Shown piece by piece: positions 9,144-18,408 of a DNA stretch of 64,000 bases. The DNA is taken from positions 2,944,001 to 3,008,000 of the forward strand of contig OZ223236.1 in assembly GCA_965140445.1 (NCBI GenBank), in the 5' to 3' direction. Origin of the DNA: Candidatus Ozemobacteraceae bacterium (GTDB lineage: Bacteria; Muiribacteriota; Ozemobacteria; Ozemobacterales; Ozemobacteraceae). The notes under the pieces are model-generated. The model made no database searches. It had not been told where the DNA came from and worked only from the letters and a program-made list of their open reading frames with translations. The stretch's first letter is position 1. Every line of letters starts with the position of its first letter. The position numbers and the translations under genes are program-made.

Positions 9144-10400
9144 ATGAAATTTAGTTCATGGCTAATAGACAAAAAGATCAATGGAATCAATGTAACAGTA
9201 GAATTCACAATCAAAGAGTATTGGGATTTTGCTGAAGAAGTATTAGAAAACAATGACTTGCAGAGAAAAAGAGTAAAGGCTACCGGGAAAACATATCAAT
9301 TGTTAGCAAGAGATTTGAAGTCTGGTTGCATAATGCCCCCAATAATTTTGGCTATAAATGATGAAATTACGGCAGAAAACCAGCAGATTATAGAAAATGC
9401 GGTTGAAAAAGGTTTTATAGAGGATGCTCACGAGGGTGTTCTTGAATCTGCAATAAAAGCAGCAATAGCTAATAAATCTTTACTAATCTTAGATGGTCTT
9501 CAAAGAACTTTTACAATTCAAGATTGCTTAAAAGAATTATCTAATCAAGAAGGGAATCTAACCAACTTTTTAGACTTAAAAATACGAACTGAAGTTTATG
9601 TTGGTTTGGATAGAACTGGGATTTTATATAGAATGCTAACTCTTAATACAGGGCAAACTCCTATGAGTTTGAGGCATCAAATAGAAATAATTTACCAGGA
9701 CTATGCCAATTCCCAAAGATTGATTGGCGAAGAAATAACTTTAATAAAAGAGGCTGAGGATAAAAGGGTTGAAGAGCTTGGACAGTATCAACTGTCCTCT
9801 GCCGCTGATATGTATTATGCATACTCAACTGGGAGTCCAAATTCATATACGAAGCAAACAATATCCACAATTCTGAAAGAAAGTGAATTTTTGGAAGGAT
9901 TTAATACCAAAACGTCTGCAGATTTACCAACAGTTTTACTTAGCTACCATAGATTTGTTAAAAAGCTAAATGAATTATTTCCTCAATGGGAACTATACAC
10001 TGATTTGAGCCCTGAAGAAAAAGAGAAGAAACTAGATAAGTTGGAGGCTATGCCTTTTGGAAAAAATCTAATAAATATTATTAAGAAAGTTCAGGTAATG
10101 GCAGGGTTTGCTGCTGCTGTTTCTAACTTGCAGGAAATTGGTTTTATTAGAAATTTTGAAAGCCTTGATGAAAAAATAGATTCCTTAAAAATTGGTGTGG
10201 GGTTAGATAATCCACTAGATTGGTTAATAGAATGCCTAGAAGAAATAAGGTCGGACTCAAAACGTGTTGGTGAGTCACAAAGAGCTTTTTTCCGCTTTTT
10301 CTTTAAGACATTATTGAATTCATCCCTTGAGAGTTATCTGAAAGTTTCTGATTCTCTTATTTTTGCTAAACAAACTTACGATAGTGTCTTTATGAAATGA
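9144..10400 (+). CDS. ParB/DUF262-like (DGxQR) domain protein
   Basis: LQR, MPPIIL, LILDGLQRT, LNTGQTPMS motifs typical of the DUF262/ParB-Srx fold. Confidence 0.72.
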   Translation: MKFSSWLIDKKINGINVTVEFTIKEYWDFAEEVLENNDLQRKRVKATGKTYQLLARDLKSGCIMPPIILAINDEITAENQQIIENAVEKGFIEDAHEGVLESAIKAAIANKSLLILDGLQRTFTIQDCLKELSNQEGNLTNFLDLKIRTEVYVGLDRTGILYRMLTLNTGQTPMSLRHQIEIIYQDYANSQRLIGEEITLIKEAEDKRVEELGQYQLSSAADMYYAYSTGSPNSYTKQTISTILKESEFLEGFNTKTSADLPTVLLSYHRFVKKLNELFPQWELYTDLSPEEKEKKLDKLEAMPFGKNLINIIKKVQVMAGFAAAVSNLQEIGFIRNFESLDEKIDSLKIGVGLDNPLDWLIECLEEIRSDSKRVGESQRAFFRFFFKTLLNSSLESYLKVSDSLIFAKQTYDSVFMK

Positions 10401-11476
10401 CTAATCTATTAGAATTACTAAACCCTGAACTAGAAGGTTCGCTAGTTCAGGCAGGTTATAGCGATTTAGGTTATTCCTTTGATTTTGGGGCAATTCAAGT
10501 TTTAATAAAGTGCCTCAATCAAATTGAAGATGAAAGATTTGATTTAAATAAATTCTTTGGTGCAGTTTTCACTTCTAACAATGATAAAAACCTAAATAAA
10601 ATTTTTTCAATTGAAAATCATGAGCAAACGATTGGCTTTTGCTTCCCAATATCTTTTCTAATGGATGAATGCAATTTTCCAAATAGATTCCAACAAATCT
10701 ATGCAAGGGCAGCTGTAGAACTCATTATATTTGAGGGGATAGATAATCAGCAGTGCATTTATTCTATGCCATCAAATGCTTTGGTTGAGATAGATATTTG
10801 TGAATTTTTTCCTTCAAATTCTTTTATTCTTGTTATTGGAAAAAGCTTAGAGAGTGCACAAAAGGTAACAATTGAACAGCTGGAAATAAATTTAATTCGG
10901 CATTCTATTTTTAAACCGCTGGAATTAGTGCTTGAGAAAACTCTTAATGAAGAGCTTGACATCGGTAATTTGAGAATAAAAACTGTGTGTGATCGTTTAA
11001 ACGAAAGAGAAAAAATTATTAACTCTTTACTTCAAGCTTCTTTTAATCAGAAAAATTTATTTGGCAAGTTCTTGACTCTATACCAAATTATTGAAATTCT
11101 TATATCGGATATTTTTGATAGAAAATTACAAGAAGTAGTAAAAGAAACTGATTTGACCTCATGGAAATTAAAGGACAAGCTATCTGAAATATCTGGTGAG
11201 TTAAAACGTATTGAATATCTTTATTCAAGCTTAGACACAGCAAAGGCTAATATGGAAAGTTTTAATTTTTGCTGCTCAAAATGCATTAACTTTCTAACGG
11301 ATTTACTTACCCCTGAAGATTTAACTAATCTCTCATGGGCAAAATCGATTTATAGAGTTAGAAATTTTGTTGTACATGCTCAATCAGCTTTAATTTCTAA
11401 AAAAGAAAGTGAATTGCTTGAGATTTGCTCAGCATTTAGACTTTGCCTTCTTGAATTTATTTTCCACTATAACTAA
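10397..11476 (+). CDS. C-terminal HEPN-domain protein (putative RNase)
   Basis: KFLTLYQIIE...IYRVRNFVVH (Rx4H); ATGA overlap with upstream gene. Confidence 0.7.
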   Translation: MTNLLELLNPELEGSLVQAGYSDLGYSFDFGAIQVLIKCLNQIEDERFDLNKFFGAVFTSNNDKNLNKIFSIENHEQTIGFCFPISFLMDECNFPNRFQQIYARAAVELIIFEGIDNQQCIYSMPSNALVEIDICEFFPSNSFILVIGKSLESAQKVTIEQLEINLIRHSIFKPLELVLEKTLNEELDIGNLRIKTVCDRLNEREKIINSLLQASFNQKNLFGKFLTLYQIIEILISDIFDRKLQEVVKETDLTSWKLKDKLSEISGELKRIEYLYSSLDTAKANMESFNFCCSKCINFLTDLLTPEDLTNLSWAKSIYRVRNFVVHAQSALISKKESELLEICSAFRLCLLEFIFHYN

Positions 11477-11545
11477 GATTTCCCACTGACGCACTTGTAA
11501 ACATCCCATTTTAGATCCAAGGAGTTAGCCATGTTTCCGTCTAAT

Positions 11546-11573
11546 TTTTTGCAATTTTTATGAGCAGAGCTAA
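11546..11573 (+). repeat. 28-bp direct repeat, copy 2
   Basis: Identical to 8865..8892. Confidence 0.9.
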
Positions 11574-11587
11574 GATTAAAATTAATT

Positions 11588-12538
11588 TTAATCTTCCAAG
11601 CTATTTTTAAACGATTGAATCAATTTTGAAAAATTTTCATAAGCATCTTTTCTGCCTTGAAAATAGTAACGGTTAATTAAAGATTCCAATTCAATCTTAA
11701 TTTTATTCTCGTTTTCTAAATCATAATTTCTATTTTGATAATGGACATTTTTCTCTGCTAATAAATAGTAGGAAAAAAGAGAAACTAAAATTATGTTCAA
11801 AATCAATAATATTATTTCTCTAGAAATGGAGCTAGATTTTTTTAACTCAAATTTATTTTTACTATCACAAAAAGCAAGCGAAACATAAACAGTAAAACAT
11901 ACAATGATTAATAACATTCCATTTGCTACAGAATATAGACAGAAAAATTTTGCAAGAAAGCAATTTGGCGCCCAATCCCCGTAACCTAGAGTAGTTATCG
12001 TAACCCCTGAAAAATATATAGCATCAATTATGCCATCAAAAGATTTAATAAAAGCCTCTTTGCAACCAGTTAAAGGCTGAAAAGTACCCTTACTTAAAAC
12101 ATAAAAAATAATGCCATAATCTAAAATTAGCTCAAAATAACTTTTTAATGCCAAATTAATTCTTTCATAGTATTTTAAAGCATCTTGGTTTTCTTGCTCT
12201 TTCTTTTTTAATTTTTCTGATGCATCAATCAAGAAGGCAAAAAAGACTTCATTTACTCTTGAAAAAGAATAAAAGAAACTTATCAAGTAGATCAACTGCA
12301 TTATGCTCCCAGGGATTGATAAAAGCTTAAAATAATCATCCGAGATAAAAAATAAAACAATAAAAATAGTGAGCGATAAGTAAGTAAAGTTAAAGTTCTT
12401 AACTATATTAGAGTGTTTTTTTACATCATCAGTTCGATTAAGAATTTTAGCAATCAATCTGGTAGTAGAAAGTAAATCGATTATTAGAAAGATCACATAC
12501 TTAAAAGCTTTTCTTAAATATATAATTGCGTTGGTCAT
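11588..12538 (-). CDS. Potassium-channel-family (Ion_trans_2) membrane protein
   Basis: DAIYFSGVTITTLGYGDWAP pore helix and GYG filter; several TM segments. Confidence 0.85.
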   Translation of the reverse strand: MTNAIIYLRKAFKYVIFLIIDLLSTTRLIAKILNRTDDVKKHSNIVKNFNFTYLSLTIFIVLFFISDDYFKLLSIPGSIMQLIYLISFFYSFSRVNEVFFAFLIDASEKLKKKEQENQDALKYYERINLALKSYFELILDYGIIFYVLSKGTFQPLTGCKEAFIKSFDGIIDAIYFSGVTITTLGYGDWAPNCFLAKFFCLYSVANGMLLIIVCFTVYVSLAFCDSKNKFELKKSSSISREIILLILNIILVSLFSYYLLAEKNVHYQNRNYDLENENKIKIELESLINRYYFQGRKDAYENFSKLIQSFKNSLED

Positions 12539-12674
12539 TTTAAAAACTTTCTTTTAATAAATTATCTCTAACAGTTATTTTTATCCCTATTCCACATTTG
12601 TATATTAATCTTTTAAAAAATAAACAATCAAGTTTAATAAATAAGGGGCAAATTTTAATGGATTTTTGACCAAG

Positions 12675-12782
12675 GTGAACAGAATTCCAGGGACACCTTA
12701 CTTAATTATTTTTTGTCGCCAGGCGCCTTTTGCCAGCTGAAGTCAAACCCTATATCTGCAGGCGGCTTTGAGATTTCCAGGA
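12675..12782 (+). repeat. REP-like element plus decayed fic 3'-end, copy 1
   Basis: GGGACACCTTACTTAATT followed by sequence translating on minus strand as QSRLQI*GLTSAGKRRLATKNN*. Confidence 0.85.
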
Positions 12783-12849
12783 GATGAATTGGGCTAAAAT
12801 TGTGGTACATAATGCTAAACATCAAAGATCAACTAAACTGTTTAATGGT

Positions 12850-13332
12850 TTAATACGAAACCGACTCGGCTGCATCGCCTGGTTGGGTAGGAATTTTTGA
12901 GTATTCCAGAATGCAGAGGTTTCTTTCATTGTGTTTTACCTGGTCTGTGATAGAAAATCCAATTTTTTGATACAGGGACTTTGCGGTTTGGTTGTCTTCG
13001 AATACATCAAGCCAAATTCTTTTAAATTTTTTATTGATATATTTTTCGATGATCTGGGTGATCGCAGCCTTGCCAATGCCCGCACCTTTTGTGGATACAA
13101 TAATTCTTACTATTTCTAAAGATTTACTGTCTATGTCTACTTTGTTGATGATGTATCCGACAGGTTGGCCATCGTTTACAATAAGCAAGTATTCATAGGA
13201 ATTTGATTTGATATTATTTAGATGTTGATCCCGTGTGTACGGAATTACAAATTTATTATTTTCCGGTCTTGATTCCAGGTCAATTATGAAGTCAATGTCG
13301 GAATCAATGGTCTGTTTTAGCTCAATTTTCAT
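12850..13332 (-). CDS. GNAT acetyltransferase, integron-cassette-like
   Basis: KGAGIGK, WLDVFEDN...LYQKIGF; preceded by GTTGAGC and reading into ACCCAACCAGGCGATGCAGCCGA. Confidence 0.88.
   Translation of the reverse strand: MKIELKQTIDSDIDFIIDLESRPENNKFVIPYTRDQHLNNIKSNSYEYLLIVNDGQPVGYIINKVDIDSKSLEIVRIIVSTKGAGIGKAAITQIIEKYINKKFKRIWLDVFEDNQTAKSLYQKIGFSITDQVKHNERNLCILEYSKIPTQPGDAAESVSY
12866..12888 (-). other. Truncated attC left half (R'' plus L'' start)
   Basis: ACCCAAC (RYYYAAC) CAGGCGATGCAGCCGA; pairs with the cassette's GTTGAGC via G-T wobbles on the bottom strand. Confidence 0.55.
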
Positions 13333-13348
13333 GTTTTTTCCTCTTGCT

Positions 13349-13404
13349 GCTCAACGTCTGGCGTGTCCGAATATTATATTTATGCATAGACGCACTTGTT
13401 CTGG
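13349..13404 (-). other. attC-like site upstream of the GNAT cassette
   Basis: Minus strand CCAGAAC AAGTGCGTC...GACACGCCAGAC GTTGAGC (GTTRRRY), then SD and ATG. Confidence 0.55.
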
Positions 13405-13483
13405 CTCTTATTTAACGTTAAGGGTGCCGGTTCAATACTTTCTATATTTACTGTGTGTTTGCAGAAAGACTGACCGGCGTATT

Positions 13484-14131
13484 TCATAGGCCGTCTATAA
13501 CCTCTCTAAGAATAAGTTCTAAGTCGATTGGATTCTCTAACATCGGAAAATGGGCTGAATTTTTTATAAAATACAGATCCAGAAACCTTTCAAAGTTTTC
13601 TGGGTAATTCAAATTCTTACGCACTTGTTCAGAATTTTCTTCAGACCTCATGCCGTATATGCCAATCAGCTTCTTTTTGTTGATAGAATGTCTCTTTTCA
13701 AGAAATTCCAGATTGTATTCATCAGCAGAATTCAAAACATCCTGATTAAAGAATGGCTTGCAATCTTGAATCATTCCTTGAGCATATTCATGTATGGCAC
13801 TTGGTGTTCTTTCAGAGCAATAGTTTCTAAAAAATGGAGGTGGAAAGCTTAAGAAGTAGTCCAGTATGACAATCTGAACATTCTGAAACTCTGGCCTGAG
13901 TGATAATTGCATCGCAACTCCACCACCAAGACTATGCCCAATAATTGCAGAACATTCAGCCAACTGCTCTTTATAACCTGCAACGATTAAGTCGCAAAGC
14001 TTATCCATCGTATTTATATCTGGCATTTGATCAAGCGGATAGTCAACGAAAAAAGAATTTGGAATTCGACTAACCATCTCTTCAAAAATCTCCCCTTTGC
14101 AAGCGTAGCCCGGTATAAAGCAAACTTTCAT
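13484..14131 (-). CDS. Alpha/beta hydrolase
   Basis: FIPGY, GHSLGG nucleophile elbow, SAHFPMLENP; start at ATG with GGAG SD. Confidence 0.88.
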   Translation of the reverse strand: MKVCFIPGYACKGEIFEEMVSRIPNSFFVDYPLDQMPDINTMDKLCDLIVAGYKEQLAECSAIIGHSLGGGVAMQLSLRPEFQNVQIVILDYFLSFPPPFFRNYCSERTPSAIHEYAQGMIQDCKPFFNQDVLNSADEYNLEFLEKRHSINKKKLIGIYGMRSEENSEQVRKNLNYPENFERFLDLYFIKNSAHFPMLENPIDLELILREVIDGL

Positions 14132-14260
14132 ATAATCTCCATTTCTGACCATAAATTGAAATGAGTTTTTATCATCATTTTTCGAAATCAAATCCAACAA
14201 GACATACAATGGAACAATTATGAATACAAGAATAATCTTCAGCCCAGGTTGCCTGTTAAT

Positions 14261-14365
14261 GTGAACCGAATTTCGGGGACAGCATACTTAATTATTTTTT
14301 GACTCCAGGGGGCTTTGGTCAGCGGGAATCAGGCGATATATCTGCAAGCGACTTTGAGACTTCCC
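14261..14365 (+). repeat. REP-like element plus decayed fic 3'-end, copy 2
   Basis: GGGGACAGCATACTTAATT followed by minus-strand GKSQSRLQIYRLIPADQSPLESKNN*. Confidence 0.85.
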
Positions 14366-14391
14366 TAAATAGCATTAGCTATAAATGTGAT

Positions 14392-14439
14392 AAAAAAACT
14401 CCCCCAGATTAAGCGATTCTTATGTTCTGGGGGAAGTTT
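14392..14439 (-). terminator. Probable terminator of the second ECF operon
   Basis: TCCCCCAGA/TCTGGGGGA stem with minus-strand U-tract. Confidence 0.6.
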
Positions 14440-14460
14440 CTTAGCTGGAGGTTTAGCGTC

Positions 14461-15810
14461 TTAGATACCGCCGTCTACGAACCAGCGATTGGTTTCTGGA
14501 TGCCTTTTTAGGGCGATGTTGTGCTTTTTGATCGTTCCATTTTTTAGTTTGATTTCATAGGGGACGAATTTTGCGCCGTTGATCAATGAAATCGCAGAAG
14601 AAAAGCTGTTGCCAAGCTTTAGGACTTTTACATCACCGAGATATTCTTTGAAGGAACCGGTTACGGTGTAAAATTTGCCGACTTCATCCCAGTTTTTATT
14701 GGTGCAGGCTTCAAAGAAAGCTTTGGCAGCTTCTTCTGGAGTCATGGCTTCATACTTTTTGTTGTCGGGCAATATTTCATCTTGTTTGTTCCATGAAATA
14801 TTCTCTGGAAGATTGAGTTTAAAGGTGTCAGAAGCAAATTCCGGATTGTAGTCGATTTGTAGAAGTTCAAAAACAAGCTTCTGGTTGCTTCCATCAATCA
14901 GATAAATCTTTGCGGAGATTAGTAGGCCGGAATTTTTATCAAAAACATAGATTCTGCGTGTATCGGCAGTGGAGAAGAAAGAATTTCTAAGATAATCCTC
15001 TGAACTGTAGCCTGAATAAGCGTCTACGGTAACCACGCTGATAGGATGACCAGAAGCATTAACGCTGTCCTGAACTTTGCTTTTCCAACCATTTTTTTTA
15101 ATCGATTTCAATTCGTGGCTCAGTGAATTTGCAATGTTGGACATCCGCTGTAACCAGATTACGTCAAAAGCACTCTGGCAGGGGCGTGGAATCTTGTATC
15201 CATAGTCAGGAAGAATATGAAGAATAGTGGTTTCGCCGTCATTCGCAGCGACTCGTCCTGGTTTGGTAACTTTCCATTTATATGGCTTTTTAAATTCCTG
15301 CCATAGTTCAATGTCGATGAAATCATAATCTGGGCCGATTCCTGAAAAATTGTCATTGGGTAGGGAGCGGATTTTTCCTTTCAGGTGCATCGTGCGGATT
15401 TCTCCGATAGCCTTAATTCCCTTGTTAAAAACCTCTGCTGCAGCTACAACAGTGTTGGTTCCAGAAACCATAATCATCAAAAGAATGCCGGCAATACCAG
15501 CAAATATGCCTAATCCCATTGACCAGCGCCATTTAAGTATTTTACTCATAAATGAAATCCTTTCGGGTTCTTGAAAAGTCTGTTGCTCTTCAAGTTGTTT
15601 GATTCTGCTCATTACAGAACCTACCAACGACACGTCTGCCGTCATGGGCGCCCGATTACTTAACTCTCTGTTCAATATCTGAAAAGATTGCAGCTCAGCA
15701 CTGCATTCTTCACATTCGCTTAAATGATTACTAATGGAATGATATATTTCCTTATCCAGCGCTTCTTCAAGATAAGCGACCAGATTTTCCTGGCAATCTC
15801 TGCAATTCAT
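14461..15810 (-). CDS. ZAS anti-sigma factor with TM and large extracytoplasmic domain
   Basis: MNC...HLSECEEC, one TM; LolA-like middle and NTF2-like C-terminus (TPEEAAKAFF...RWFVDGGI) are inferred. Confidence 0.8.
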   Translation of the reverse strand: MNCRDCQENLVAYLEEALDKEIYHSISNHLSECEECSAELQSFQILNRELSNRAPMTADVSLVGSVMSRIKQLEEQQTFQEPERISFMSKILKWRWSMGLGIFAGIAGILLMIMVSGTNTVVAAAEVFNKGIKAIGEIRTMHLKGKIRSLPNDNFSGIGPDYDFIDIELWQEFKKPYKWKVTKPGRVAANDGETTILHILPDYGYKIPRPCQSAFDVIWLQRMSNIANSLSHELKSIKKNGWKSKVQDSVNASGHPISVVTVDAYSGYSSEDYLRNSFFSTADTRRIYVFDKNSGLLISAKIYLIDGSNQKLVFELLQIDYNPEFASDTFKLNLPENISWNKQDEILPDNKKYEAMTPEEAAKAFFEACTNKNWDEVGKFYTVTGSFKEYLGDVKVLKLGNSFSSAISLINGAKFVPYEIKLKNGTIKKHNIALKRHPETNRWFVDGGI

Positions 15811-16349
15811 GCTAATTCCTCCACCAAATCAGAAGAAACAAAATTCAAGTTTTCCTTGAGTGTTGAGTAGGCTCTTGAAAGGTTCTTGGTCACCGTCCCA
15901 ATGGGAACTCTTAGCGTCTCAGCAATTTCCTTACAGGAATATCCCTGATAGTATCTTAATAAAATTGCTTTTCTCTGGACTTCGGGAAGGTTTGCTATCA
16001 ATTCTTCCAGGCCGAGTTCCTGTGTTTCTTCTGCCCAATCTATTGCGTAGTCTTCAATTTCTTTTTGAGTTTCCATGTTTTTTTTGGAATCCCTGAATAT
16101 TTCAAGAGCCACTCTTGCTCCAATTCCAATAAGCCATGAATTGAAAGCATCAGGATTTTTAAGCTTTGATAAACCGGTAAATGCCCGAATAAAAGCTTCT
16201 TGTGCGGCTTCAGAGGCCAGATCTTTGTCTTTCAATTTTCGCAGCAAATATGCAAATAGCGGTTTTTCATAGCGAATTACCAGAAATCGATAATAGTCTG
16301 AACTGCCTTTAAGGCACATTTCAATAAGCTCTTTGTCTGTGTGCTCCAT
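15807..16349 (-). CDS. ECF RNA polymerase sigma-70 factor
   Basis: AQEAFIRAF, SWL, SCKEIAETLRVPIGTVTKNLSRA. Confidence 0.93.
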   Translation of the reverse strand: MEHTDKELIEMCLKGSSDYYRFLVIRYEKPLFAYLLRKLKDKDLASEAAQEAFIRAFTGLSKLKNPDAFNSWLIGIGARVALEIFRDSKKNMETQKEIEDYAIDWAEETQELGLEELIANLPEVQRKAILLRYYQGYSCKEIAETLRVPIGTVTKNLSRAYSTLKENLNFVSSDLVEELA

Positions 16350-16472
16350 TCAAATTTCTTCCACTTTTATTTGATTCTGGTTATTAGTGTTAAATTTTAA
16401 ATGTTTTGCGACAAAAATTTTATTATTTTTTTGGGGAGGGCAATTAAATCTTTAATTAAGGGGACAGCATAC

Positions 16473-17498
16473 TTAATTATTTTTTTGCGCAAGGTATCTT
16501 TTGCCAGCGGGGGTCAGGCGATATTTCTGGAGGCGACTTTGAGGCTTCCCAGGAACTGTCATTTCGATCAAACCTGAATTGATTGCAGATTGAAGATAGA
16601 ACTGGCGAAAGTGCTTGGGATCTGACAGGGAAAGCTTGAGCATTAGTTCCCTGCGGCTAAGCGGTTCATTCAAGAGTTGAAGCATTTGTTTGACTTCGGG
16701 GGTGACTTCAGGGGTGACTTCGGGGGTGAGCTGTGAAAAAGTCTTATCCTTTATTGCATTCAAAATCAATTTAAGCATGAAGTTTATAAAAGGTTTGCTG
16801 TCTACCAATTTTGTGCTTAGCGCTAATGAATCATAGTATTCCTGCTGATTGGAGAAAATCAGGCTTTCTACTGGAATCATTGCTAATACTGGCTGCCACT
16901 TTGAAAGAATAAGAGTTTGCCAGAGTCTTCCCATACGTCCATTTCCATCTATAAAAGGATGGATAAATTCAAATTCATAGTGAAAAACGGTGCTCAAGAT
17001 GAGAGGGTGTTCTTCAGATGAAGACAACCAATTTATTAAATTATTCATCAGACCAGAAACTTGTTTCGGCGGGGGGGCAACATGAATGACTTGTGCTCCT
17101 GCCATAACTCCTGCACCACTTTTGCGGAATTTACCTGGGAATTCAATGATTCCTTCCATCAATAAAGAATGGGCCTTTAATAGATCCTGGATGGAATATG
17201 GATTTAGTTCTTCTAATTTATCGTAAAGGGCCATAGCATTTTTAGCTTCGATAATTTCATGTTTGGGTGCTATTACCCGCTTGCCTGAGATAATTGCTGT
17301 GATTTGATCGATACTGAGAGTGTTTCCTTCAATTGCCAACGAACCTTGAACTGTTCTCAACTGGTTGATTCTTCTCAATTTTAACAGCTCAGAGGCTGCT
17401 TCTCCATGGGACAAGTGCCCACTTAGTTCACAAATCTCTGCAACAAGGTTCAGAGTCTTTGAATCAATTGTAAATGGTGGAGAATAGATATTCTTCAT
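16473..17498 (-). CDS. Fic-family protein (class II) with C-terminal wHTH
   Basis: HPFIDGNGRMGR catalytic motif, SLAIEGN inhibitory motif, TPEV x3 linker (12-bp repeat ~16690-16730), GLIEMTVPGKPQSRLQKYRLT. Confidence 0.93.
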   Translation of the reverse strand: MKNIYSPPFTIDSKTLNLVAEICELSGHLSHGEAASELLKLRRINQLRTVQGSLAIEGNTLSIDQITAIISGKRVIAPKHEIIEAKNAMALYDKLEELNPYSIQDLLKAHSLLMEGIIEFPGKFRKSGAGVMAGAQVIHVAPPPKQVSGLMNNLINWLSSSEEHPLILSTVFHYEFEFIHPFIDGNGRMGRLWQTLILSKWQPVLAMIPVESLIFSNQQEYYDSLALSTKLVDSKPFINFMLKLILNAIKDKTFSQLTPEVTPEVTPEVKQMLQLLNEPLSRRELMLKLSLSDPKHFRQFYLQSAINSGLIEMTVPGKPQSRLQKYRLTPAGKRYLAQKNN

Positions 17499-17575
17499 GG
17501 AAATATTTTAACACAATTACACTGCAACACCCCAGAAACTAATTAGGGCCGTTTGTAAAATATGGAGCTTCTGCG

Positions 17576-17884
17576 CTACGCTTTTTTTATGTTTTTTATG
17601 CCCAGAACCATGAGGGCAAAGATTATTATTTTCAAAACGTAATGATCGTGGAGATCCATAAAGTTTTTGGTTAATGGCGTCATTCTGCCAATAACAAGGT
17701 GAATCGGGATGCTAAGTGGTATTGTAAAATAAAGCCAGCTGCTTCTTGGGATTTCTATTCCGAGTTTTCTGCATAATTTGGTTAAAAGCGGGCTAAGCAA
17801 ATATATCCCCAGAAAAGAAGCCACAAAATCAAAAATCGCGTATCCCGCAATCCTGAACTGCCTTAAAAATGTAATTGTTTGCAC
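17576..17884 (-). CDS. Small membrane protein
   Basis: 102 aa, three hydrophobic segments, GAGGA SD before GTG. Confidence 0.7.
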   Translation of the reverse strand: MQTITFLRQFRIAGYAIFDFVASFLGIYLLSPLLTKLCRKLGIEIPRSSWLYFTIPLSIPIHLVIGRMTPLTKNFMDLHDHYVLKIIIFALMVLGIKNIKKA

Positions 17885-17991
17885 TAATTTATCCTCTCAA
17901 ACCTGTTTTTTGGCTTGTCACTCTAAAGCGATTTTGATCTTAACATTTTATGGGGATAGTTTATATGTGAAACAGGATAAATAAATTCGAA

Positions 17992-18393
17992 TCAGCTTTC
18001 AGTTGCTTTAATTAATCCCGGCAGCACCTTGGTAATATACTCTTTATCAGCATCATGAAAGTCATTTAAGGGAATTTCTTCTGGAGCAAACCAGTAAAAG
18101 GTCTGTTTCCTTGCACTTACGGTAGCTTTTGGCTGTTGATTAGGGTCGCCGGCAAGCAGAACAAAATGCAGTGGTTCGTTTGTGGAAGAAAGGAAACTTG
18201 TTGTGTTCAGTATCTGGGTTAAGCGTAATCCAGTTTCTTCATAAAGCTCTCTGATAGCACCTTGCTCAGGCGTTTCGCCCGCATCGACAGAGCCGCCTGA
18301 AAACTCATAAACCATGCCGGTTGTTCTTCTGAATCTGTTTTGGACAAGGACTTTGCCTTGTAAAAGGACTACAGCCATTGCAATTTGGGGCAT
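17992..18393 (-). CDS. NUDIX hydrolase
   Basis: GGSVDAGETPEQGAIRELYEETGL Nudix box. Confidence 0.92.
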   Translation of the reverse strand: MPQIAMAVVLLQGKVLVQNRFRRTTGMVYEFSGGSVDAGETPEQGAIRELYEETGLRLTQILNTTSFLSSTNEPLHFVLLAGDPNQQPKATVSARKQTFYWFAPEEIPLNDFHDADKEYITKVLPGLIKATES

Positions 18394-18408
18394 GGTTTAG
18401 GAATCTCC

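Noticed and set aside
13618..13630. ACGCACTTGTTC resembling the attC-like core
   Set aside because: Inside the hydrolase CDS and lacks the rest of the site; probably chance
16690..16730. 12-bp tandem repeat (TPEV x3) in fic
   Set aside because: In-frame linker repeat common in this Fic subfamily; no evidence of phase variation
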